63,947 bases of DNA from Candidatus Benthortus lauensis (lineage in GTDB: Archaea > Thermoproteota > Nitrososphaeria_A > Caldarchaeales > Wolframiiraptoraceae): positions 1 to 63,947 of the forward strand of contig JAHSRM010000060.1 of NCBI GenBank assembly GCA_021650775.1. The letters are read 5' to 3'. Every line of letters starts with the position of its first letter. Positions within the stretch are counted from its first letter, which is position 1. Below the pieces are notes generated by a model, which had not been told where the DNA came from, did no database searches, and saw nothing but the letters and a program-made list of their open reading frames with translations. Shown one piece after another: positions 29,774 to 37,338 of this stretch. The translations under genes were made by a program, and so were the position numbers.

Positions 29774-30939
29774 AGAGATACGCTGTCATGGGCTTCCTCT
29801 GGCTTGGCTGGCTATGGATATGGGGATACTATGGAATCTACCCCTCAATCCTCCCCCTGATAAGCGGGGACCTGGAGCTGACGGCTGCGGAGTCGGGGCT
29901 CATACTAACATCCCTAATCATAGGCTCGGCGGTCTCCATGCTGCTGGTAGGAGCGGTAAACAGTTTGATGGGAAGGCGGGGCAGCCTCCTCCTCGGCCTA
30001 CTCCTCATCCTAGCCGGAAGCCTTGCAGCCTCATTCACACCCTCATACCCGATACTCCTCGCAGCCCTCCTGGCAACCGGCTGGGGTATAGGGGTCTACT
30101 TCCCGACAGCAGTCTCACTAACCTCCGACATATTCCCAACCCATAGGAGGGGCATCTCCATAGGATTGCTGGAGACAGCGGCACCCCTGGGCGCAACCAT
30201 AGGACCAATAGCCGCCTCAATCATACTAACCTTGAACTCTGGGTGGAGGATGACCGTCCTATCATGGAGCATGCTCTCACTAATAGTGCTGACGGGGTTG
30301 ATGATGCTGCCAACCATGTCCGGGCCCGAGGCTCCAGGCAGACGAGACTTAACCGCCTTCCTCAAGCCTCCCTCGACACCGCCTCCCAGAACCCTCGCCC
30401 TCATACTCGCCGCATCAAGCCTACACTCAGCGGGATTCACCCTCCTCTTCTTCCTACCACTCTACTGGAGCAGCAACAAGTGGGTCAGCGAGGCCATGAT
30501 ACCCATGGTCTTCGGAGCCGTGAGGGTCGCAGGAATCCTAGGCCACCTGGGGTTCGGATACCTGGCCGACAGGCTCGGAGCAGCCAAGACCCTCCTGATA
30601 ATCAAGACTGCTGGAACAATCCTGGCCGCAGCGGTCGCATACACGGGGTTCAGCCCCCTCCTAATAATCCTCCTACTAGCATGCTTCCCACTCTTCGACG
30701 CATACTACCCAGTCCTCTCAACCCTAATCACCAAACTAACCAAACAAGCCGAGAGAAGCCAAGCACTAGGAATAACCTACGCCCTCTCAGACACAACAGG
30801 AGCCCTCTCAACAACCATACTCGGCCACCTAATCGACACACAAGGATACACAACAGCATGGCTCTACCCAATAACAGCAAACATCCTAAGCCTAATCACA
30901 ACAACACCACTAACAAAACACAAACAAAAAATATTTTAA
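29770..30939 (+). CDS. MFS transporter
   Basis: About 12 TM helices and a loop-2/3 LMGRRGS motif. The last roughly 300 nt are strikingly A+C-rich. Confidence 0.8.
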   Translation: MKRYAVMGFLWLGWLWIWGYYGIYPSILPLISGDLELTAAESGLILTSLIIGSAVSMLLVGAVNSLMGRRGSLLLGLLLILAGSLAASFTPSYPILLAALLATGWGIGVYFPTAVSLTSDIFPTHRRGISIGLLETAAPLGATIGPIAASIILTLNSGWRMTVLSWSMLSLIVLTGLMMLPTMSGPEAPGRRDLTAFLKPPSTPPPRTLALILAASSLHSAGFTLLFFLPLYWSSNKWVSEAMIPMVFGAVRVAGILGHLGFGYLADRLGAAKTLLIIKTAGTILAAAVAYTGFSPLLIILLLACFPLFDAYYPVLSTLITKLTKQAERSQALGITYALSDTTGALSTTILGHLIDTQGYTTAWLYPITANILSLITTTPLTKHKQKIF

Positions 30940-30951
30940 TTCTAAGCAAAA

Positions 30952-31332
30952 TTAAAAATTGATTGAATATTTATCTAAAATTTCTTTTGCTATTTTACCT
31001 TCTACCTTACTGATAGTATTTCTTTTACTAAGGAAGGCTTGTGCTTGCGGTGAAAGAGATTCGTATCTTAATTGACTCGTTGTAAGCCATCTTACCTTTC
31101 TAAGATGAGCACATTTCTCTTCATCAAAATATGCGTTCCCTATTATCTTTGCTATACCATATACTCTTTTATTAGAATAGACGATAACTAAATCTCCTTT
31201 CTTTATTTCTTTATAAAACATACAGAACTGTTCTGCTACATAAGAGGTCTTCCAACGTTTATTCTGCCAACCATTTCTATAATTAGTTATTCTTCCTTTT
31301 TTTGAGCATATTCTATAAATCTCTTTATCCAT
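30952..31332 (-). CDS. hypothetical protein, probably the 3' part of a disrupted gene for a beta-barrel (PUA/EVE-like) domain protein
   Basis: The GDLVIVYS..RVYGIAKIIGNAYFDEE pattern fits such domains. Upstream out-of-frame segments (to about 31545) encode NRIWKIAPGEYGMYWDTW and ...QEWIKRFIEYAQKK, which join at an A7 run. Confidence 0.35.
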   Translation of the reverse strand: MDKEIYRICSKKGRITNYRNGWQNKRWKTSYVAEQFCMFYKEIKKGDLVIVYSNKRVYGIAKIIGNAYFDEEKCAHLRKVRWLTTSQLRYESLSPQAQAFLSKRNTISKVEGKIAKEILDKYSINF

Positions 31333-31604
31333 TCCTGCTTATCTTGAAGATCGTACCAGCTTTCTTTCTCAATATTCTTTATTCCTTTATTTATCTTAGT
31401 ATCCTACCCCGTTATCATCTACATCTTCCATCCAAGTATCCCAATACATTCCATATTCTCCAGGAGCAATTTTCCAAATTCTATTCTTAATCTTTTTATC
31501 TCTTTTATTAGAAATAGGAAAGTTTGAAATAATTGGAAGCTCATACTTTTTATTCTCTGTTTTTCTTGTTTTGTTTTCTTTTTTAACGCTTGATGCCTAT
31601 CATG

Positions 31605-32132
31605 CTAGAACTTTTTATATTTCTCTAAAATATCGTTAGTCAATTTTTGGGCATTACTACCATTATAACACAAATTAAACCAATTAATAATAGTATCATA
31701 ACTAGTTTCTTTTGGCAATATGTCTATTAAAACATTGGCCTCTAAATTACTCTTAAGAGCTGATTTAGTTAAATTCGATGATCCACATAAAACAGTTATT
31801 CTGTTCTTCTTCTTTGCTATGAAAACCTTTGCATGAAGACCGTCATTACGATAAACTTTGATATTTACTTTCTTAATATTCTTCAAAACTCTTAATGCAT
31901 CTGGCTCTGTAATAGGATTAGTAGTTTGCAATCCGACAATTAGTTTAACTAATGAATTTTTTCTTTTCAAATATCGATTTATCATCTCTTTTAAAAATTC
32001 CGCTCCTTCTCTTTTAACATACGCAATTATTCCATACACTTCTTCAGCATCTTTAAACAATTCATGAAATGCCTCATTAACAGATATAGCATCTTTTTTA
32101 AATTTTGAAGTAAATACCATTTCGTACAGCAA
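31605..32132 (-). CDS. single-HKD phospholipase D-family nuclease (Nuc/NgoFVII/BfiI-like)
   Basis: LHAKVFIAKKKNRITVLCGSSNLTKSAL matches HxK...GSxN. At 175 aa it has one HKD copy, so it would act as a dimer. Confidence 0.75.
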   Translation of the reverse strand: MLYEMVFTSKFKKDAISVNEAFHELFKDAEEVYGIIAYVKREGAEFLKEMINRYLKRKNSLVKLIVGLQTTNPITEPDALRVLKNIKKVNIKVYRNDGLHAKVFIAKKKNRITVLCGSSNLTKSALKSNLEANVLIDILPKETSYDTIINWFNLCYNGSNAQKLTNDILEKYKKF

Positions 32133-32187
32133 TTAAGCTTTTGTAAAATATCTTATAAAAACTTTGCAAAAAGAGTCCAATTTTTAT

Positions 32188-32205
32188 GGTGCGGGGGTGG
32201 GATTT
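32188..32205. repeat. candidate att site (copy of the tRNA-Leu 3' end)
   Basis: GGTGCGGGGGTGGGATTT matches TGTGCGGGGGGTGGGATTT at 44976-44996 (tRNA acceptor/T-arm 3' portion), apart from one G in the G-run. Same orientation. Confidence 0.45.
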
Positions 32206-32270
32206 CCGCCAAAATTTACCAGTATAAGAAGAATAAAATTTATAAATATGTCTGGAGTGGCAGCTACTCG

Positions 32271-33029
32271 TTGCCAATAAATGGTAAAATGCGAGCAGCA
32301 ATTGCAAAGAGATTATATGAACACTTTGCTTGGACAAATAGCTATGGTAAAGAATGGATAACACCGTTACCTTCTAAAATTGAAGAATATTTTGGAGAAC
32401 GATTAATAAGCTATTATCCTTTGCATCCTGAGAAAAAGATTAGAGATTTTGTTTTTGGATGCGAGGAAAAATCTTTACTTGGCTTTTTAGCATATCTCAC
32501 AAAAGATGATCAAAAACTTGAGGAAGAATTAAATGAAGAGCTACAGAAAATTGGGATAAGTCTTTCTCGTGGTCAAGTGATTTCTTCTACAGAGATTGAA
32601 CTTGGATTATTAGAGGAAGAACCTGAGTTACTAGTATATTGGAAAAACTGGGGCTAGGAGAACATGCAAGAATATTAATCAATGGTATATCTGATATGAG
32701 GGAAAAATAAAATATATGAAGCGAACAGTAAAATTTGTTTGTCGTTTGATGGTATACTGAAGAAATTACTTTTAAGGAAAGGGATATCCGTCCCAGATAG
32801 ATGTACGTTAGGTAAGTTAGTTAACCTAGGTCTGGAATCAGGTTTGATAGAACCCGAAATGCGTCCTATCTTTGAAAGTTATGTCTCTCTTAGGAATTTA
32901 CCTCCTCAACATTCCGGCCCCAAGGGAGATATATCAAATGTTTCAAAAACACTAACCTTTGCATTAGCGCACATTAGTAGAGCCCTAATAGGATATTTAA
33001 TTGAACGAATAAAAACAGAATTAGTTTAA
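32271..33029 (+). pseudogene. AbiJ-like protein with C-terminal HEPN domain, split over three reading frames
   Basis: ORFs 32271-32657 and 32739-33029 are bridged by a third-frame piece, ILEKLGLGEHARILINGISDM. The C-terminal piece carries SLRNLPPQH (Rx5H HEPN-type motif). Confidence 0.4.
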
Positions 33030-33149
33030 CAGGCTAGCATTAGCTCATTCAATCTAAGCACTTCTTCTGAGATGTTTTTCTAATCTCCATCTAAGATTCA
33101 ATTTCTTTGAGGAAGAATAAATATAAACGAGACTCTCTGTATTTCCAAT

Positions 33150-34091
33150 AATTTAATTACCTTAGAAGGTATACATCGTGCATGCTGAAGAGATATAATG
33201 TTCCCATAGTTCAAACTATACATAGTCCCCCTCCTATAGATGAAAAATTTTGGCTTGATAATGCAAAGAATTTCGTTGACTTAAATATAGTTCTCAGTAA
33301 TGCGATGAAAAAATGGCTCAAATCAGTAGGTTATCCTGATAATAGAATAATTAAAATACCTGGATTTATAGATTTTGAGTTATTTAATCCAAATATAAAA
33401 ATAAATTTTGAAAAGTTTAACATGATAGGACTGGACATAAATAAAAATAATGATAATTATATTATTTTTTGCCCAGCAAGATTTTCTCCTTCTAAAGGAG
33501 TAGATGTATTACTCAAGGCATTTCGTTTATTGAATATTCAAGATTCAAGTAATGTTAAATTATTGTTAACTGGTAGATTTGCTGGAAGAGAGTTCTTACT
33601 CCCACATTCGCAATATCATATTTCAAAGTATATTGACTATATAAAGCATCTTGTTAAAAAATATAATTTGCAAAAAGTAATTATTAACTACAAAACAGTT
33701 TTTTCCGATAAAGTTAATTTTATTCAGAGAATTCCATATGACATAATGCCTTATCTATATAAAATTTCCGATGTTCTAACGTATCCTTCTCTTCTTAAAC
33801 CACATTTTGAAGCATTTGGATTAGCTTTAATTGAAGCTATGAGAATGGAAATTCCTATTGTTGCAACTAGAAACGGTGGAATGCGTGAGATATTAATAAG
33901 ATGGCATTACCGGTTTACTAGTAAATCCAGGAGATCCTGTTCATTTAGCGAATAAGATCAATCAACTGCTAGAAGATGAATCTTTAAGGAAAAAATTAAT
34001 TTTAAATGCAAAAAGAGAGGTTTTTAAATATGAGGCATCAAGGACTATAAATAACATAATAAACTTATACTATCAACTTAAAGAATTTTAG
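33150..34091 (+). pseudogene. GT4-family glycosyltransferase, N-terminally truncated and frameshifted
   Basis: EAFGLALIEAMRMEIPIVATRNGGMREIL continues in another frame as DGITGLLVNPGDPVHLANKINQLLEDESLRKKL... to the stop at 34089-34091. Most of the N-terminal Rossmann domain is missing. Confidence 0.7.
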
Positions 34092-34687
34092 AGAATTAAC
34101 AACTCATCCATTAAAAATTTCTTCATTGATCTTTTTATTTCCATCTTCTCACTTATCTTTACCTGAAAAACGCGCCAGAACCCGTTACCGATATTTTAAA
34201 TAATATAATATGTTTTAAAAATAGAACATACACTCGAAGCCGATGGATGGACCACGAGTGACTTAAAAATAAATTGACTTTGTTGAAATGGTTATAACTT
34301 AAACCTATAATAAATTTGTTTAACCAAGTTAAAATCAATGATGTCATCATAGGCAGGACAAACAAACTTTCCTATTCTGAAAGGTATATTAATTCTTAAC
34401 GAATGTATCAGCGCTCCACCATAACATTTGAAGCGATTAATGTTAGGTTGGAGTTCCTTTTTGAATTCTTGACTTTTAAGCCGAAAGCCTATAGCTAAGC
34501 TGCTTAACCCGCTTTCTTCAACTCATCTCCCGAAAGGAAGTATGAATATTCTCCAGTTATCTGAAACTCACTCACCAACCACTCATAGAACTGGTCGTCC
34601 TCACTTGACGTGACGACCTGCTCCACAAATTCTTCGATTGGTTTCTCAACTTCAGGCTTAGCCTCCGTTACCGTGAGTTCTTTCTCA

Positions 34688-34810
<123 letters not shown>

Positions 34811-35116
34811 CTACCTGACTTATTAAAAGCAGGAAGCTGATAAAATAGAGTCTCTGACAATAAGATAGGTCAGGACTATGTCTAAAGACCAGCCCGTTTA
34901 CTGTTGCTGGAAGCAAAGTTAAGACGATAGGGGCGTAATCTCGTTTTCAAATAATTTAAAATATAAATGTCATACGAAAAGGTAATGAACAATTATTCTT
35001 CTAATGCTCAATTAGAAGAATTTACAAGAAAACTATCATAGGAAAAGTTTTGGAAATGTTTGGGTTTACTAAGATGTTCTAGGAGATTTTGTATTTGGGG
35101 CGAATTTTTACGTTAC

Positions 35117-35190
35117 GATTACCATAGTATGGTCGTCAAGTATGGATTACCATATGGCAATAACCTATGGTGTTACCATATGGTAACGAT
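35117..35190. repeat. three iteron-like TTACCATA(T)GG repeats, including a perfect 16-bp palindrome
   Basis: GATTACCATAGTATGG (35117-35132), GATTACCATATGG (35145-35157) and the palindrome GTTACCATATGGTAAC (35172-35187). Spacing is 26-28 bp. Confidence 0.6.
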
Positions 35191-35226
35191 ATAGGGCTTT
35201 AGGTGAATAAAAGAATTGCTAAGTAG

Positions 35227-35863
35227 CTACCTCGAGAGTTTTTCACTAATGATTGTTAAGATAATACTAAGTTTGAGGAATTCATGTTTTATTATTGCTG
35301 TGAGCATGGAGAGTATGAAATCTTCCTTTAAAGATCGTTCAATCTCATTTCTATTCTTTATATTTAACAGTGTCTCAGTGAACATCTGTATATACTTTTC
35401 TCCCTCTCTAAAAATGCTTATGGCCTTTTTAGGGTTCTCTCCTACTATAGATGCAATGAATTGTATAGGCGAGACAAACACCAAGTGGTAAAGAAGTTCC
35501 ATCATCTAATCTCACCTTAACACCAAGACCAAATTGAGTGAGTGAACTTACATTCGAGATTTTTAGCTTTAAAATATTTTCAAACTTACTAATAGGAATG
35601 CGATAATACTTCATTAATGTCCCTACAGCAAGTTCTAAGAAAAATCTCTTTCTCTCTACATACCAAGTAAGAAATTGGCTTAACGTAGATCTACGGCGCC
35701 TTAACTCCCTCCTCAATTTATCACGAATTGAAGCCCGAAGCCTGGCTGATATCAAAGGATGCGTGCGTTCATATTTCACTCGAGACGGTGGCTTATGTTT
35801 AGATTTGCGACTCGCAGTTGATCGACGGGAATCTGATTTTGTTTGAAAGACGACATTTTTCAA
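35227..35863 (-). pseudogene. RHH-like DNA-binding protein of unknown function, apparently frameshifted
   Basis: A basic N-terminus with ISARLRASIRDKLRRELRRRRSTLSQFL (RHH-like). ORFs 35429-35863 and 35227-35505 overlap in different frames, as expected for one disrupted gene. Confidence 0.3.
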
Positions 35864-36096
35864 TATATGTCACCTCTATTTGATAAATGATGTCCTTCAA
35901 TAATATGCCAGTGGATTCTATCACCAAAAATTAAGACTCTTACATTCTTTCCTTTAAGCTTCTTCAATTTATTTAGTGTTTTAGGATCTATTTTCACCGT
36001 CAATTTTTCAGTCTTTTTAGCTAACAATAGTATTCCATCACTATCTACCGACAATATAATACCTCTGCCCTCCACAATCTCATTTCTTTCCATCAT
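35860..36096 (-). CDS. hypothetical protein
   Basis: 78-aa ORF. Its stop overlaps the next ORF's TTG start (TTGA). No family recognised. Confidence 0.35.
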   Translation of the reverse strand: MMERNEIVEGRGIILSVDSDGILLLAKKTEKLTVKIDPKTLNKLKKLKGKNVRVLIFGDRIHWHIIEGHHLSNRGDIY

Positions 36097-36144
36097 AAAA
36101 AGATAGAATATTTTACCTATATGAATTCTTTAAGAACAATACAG

Positions 36145-36168
36145 TTCCGGAACTAGTATGTTCCGGAA
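36145..36168. promoter_or_regulatory. twin TTCCGGAA palindromes (candidate operator) in a divergent promoter region
   Basis: GTTCCGGAA at 36144-36152 and 36160-36168, 16 bp centre to centre. They lie between the minus-strand operon (ends at 36096) and the plus-strand gene at 36208. Confidence 0.35.
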
Positions 36169-36207
36169 TAGGTAGTTAACATAAGATATAAAAATAAGAA
36201 CAAATTC

Positions 36208-36624
36208 ATGAAAAATATGCAAAAGCCTAAGTATGTCAGGACAAATATTTTAAGATCGTTGTACGGATATCCTGAAGGACGCAGCTATTCTTCAGTAATT
36301 AGCGAAGTGATAGAAAGATCTAATGTAAGTGAACGGTATATAAGGAAAAGCAAGTCAACATTAATTAGATATGATTATATCGAAGAGTTTTCCAAGAAAA
36401 GAAGAAAGTATCTCAAATTGAAAATGCTTGGTACAGAATTTACTGAATCGACAATGAATCTTGATATAGACCAAGAAATTCATCCTTCGGAGATTAATCT
36501 ATCTAAAGAGGAGATAATCAGAGCTATTAAGGCCGGTCTTCTGAAGATTTCAAAGGATTTGAAGTTGCTGCTTGGTACAATCAATTTTGGAAGGAGACGA
36601 AGAATTTTAAGAAGAACCTCATAA
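36208..36624 (+). CDS. hypothetical protein, possible winged-helix DNA-binding protein
   Basis: ILRSLYGYPEGRSYSSVISEVIERSNVSERYIRKSKSTLIRYDYIE resembles a wHTH. Low certainty. Confidence 0.4.
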   Translation: MKNMQKPKYVRTNILRSLYGYPEGRSYSSVISEVIERSNVSERYIRKSKSTLIRYDYIEEFSKKRRKYLKLKMLGTEFTESTMNLDIDQEIHPSEINLSKEEIIRAIKAGLLKISKDLKLLLGTINFGRRRRILRRTS

Positions 36625-36805
36625 ACCTCTTAATAAATTAAAACATGTATGTGACATTTAGAATACTATACCTGTTCTCGTCACAACAAGGAACATATAA
36701 AGGAGGTTGAATTATGATACATGGGACTCTTCACGAAGTAGCATCAGCATTTAGGATAGTAAGTATAGAGAAAATGAAGGTGAAATTCTTGTGAGGGAAT
36801 GATAT

Positions 36806-37015
36806 TCATCTTGAATTTAGTAGTCTTCTTTTGAATGATGTTATTGTTATTCCTGCGGGTTCTCCCTTACTGTCCAAGTCTACTATGATGCCTTCCTCTA
36901 TCTCTACTCCCTCGGCTGCTTCCCGGTCTCCGAAGTGTATGTATAGTGTGTCTGCTTCCTCGTCGTAGTGGATGTACGCGCCGCTTATCCTAAGCTTTCT
37001 CAGGGCTTCCTCCAA
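36806..37015 (-). CDS. DUF2283-family protein (putative antitoxin)
   Basis: YIHYDEEADTLYIHFGD...GIIVDLDSKGEPAGITI is the characteristic DUF2283 pattern. Confidence 0.7.
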   Translation of the reverse strand: MEEALRKLRISGAYIHYDEEADTLYIHFGDREAAEGVEIEEGIIVDLDSKGEPAGITITSFKRRLLNSR

Positions 37016-37338
37016 ACCACCCTCCTCCTCTTCTCCAACTTTTCTACGTCTTTTGTGGGGTACGCGGTGATTATAAATCCTTCCCTGTTAAGCGGCCTGT
37101 ACACGACAACGAGGTATGCTCCTCCGAGAAGGTCTTTAAACCATCGTATGGTCAGCAGCTCTCCGAGGCGGCCCTCCAAGACCATCTCAGGCTCCTCCAA
37201 AGTTTCCACTATCTTAGGACGATGCTCATGAAGCCAGGGTCTCTTGGCGAGGATATGTCTCCAGCTGCCTAGACCAAGCCTGATACGCCTCCCACGGAAA
37301 TCATAGGCCTCGAGAACTACACCCGACCCATTGCTCAA
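37000..37338 (-). CDS. DUF4258-like putative toxin
   Basis: WRHILAKRPWLHEHRPKIVETLEEPEMV...YLVVVY...GFIITAYP. Overlaps the DUF2283 gene by 16 nt. The only plausible start is a TTG at 37338, which overlaps the recombinase remnant's stop. The upstream part of the track ORF is an alternate frame of that remnant. Confidence 0.4.
   Translation of the reverse strand: MSNGSGVVLEAYDFRGRRIRLGLGSWRHILAKRPWLHEHRPKIVETLEEPEMVLEGRLGELLTIRWFKDLLGGAYLVVVYRPLNREGFIITAYPTKDVEKLEKRRRVVWRKP

Noticed and set aside
30243-30962. 239-aa ORF rich in P/R/N/T/H that overlaps the MFS transporter gene.
   Set aside because: It is an alternative frame kept open by the T/G-poor composition. The translation is low-complexity with no membrane or domain features, whereas the overlapping frame encodes a convincing 12-TM MFS protein.
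34159-34365. 68-aa minus-strand ORF in the gap after the GT4 pseudogene.
   Set aside because: It sits in AT-rich non-coding-looking DNA, has an unremarkable hydrophobic/low-complexity translation, and has no start context or neighbouring operon logic.
35100-35200. I considered whether the TTACCATATGG repeats, or any other part of the window, form a CRISPR array.
   Set aside because: The repeats are 13-16 bp palindromic units with 10-15 bp gaps, far from CRISPR repeat/spacer dimensions. No other regularly spaced 24-40-bp direct repeats were seen in the window.
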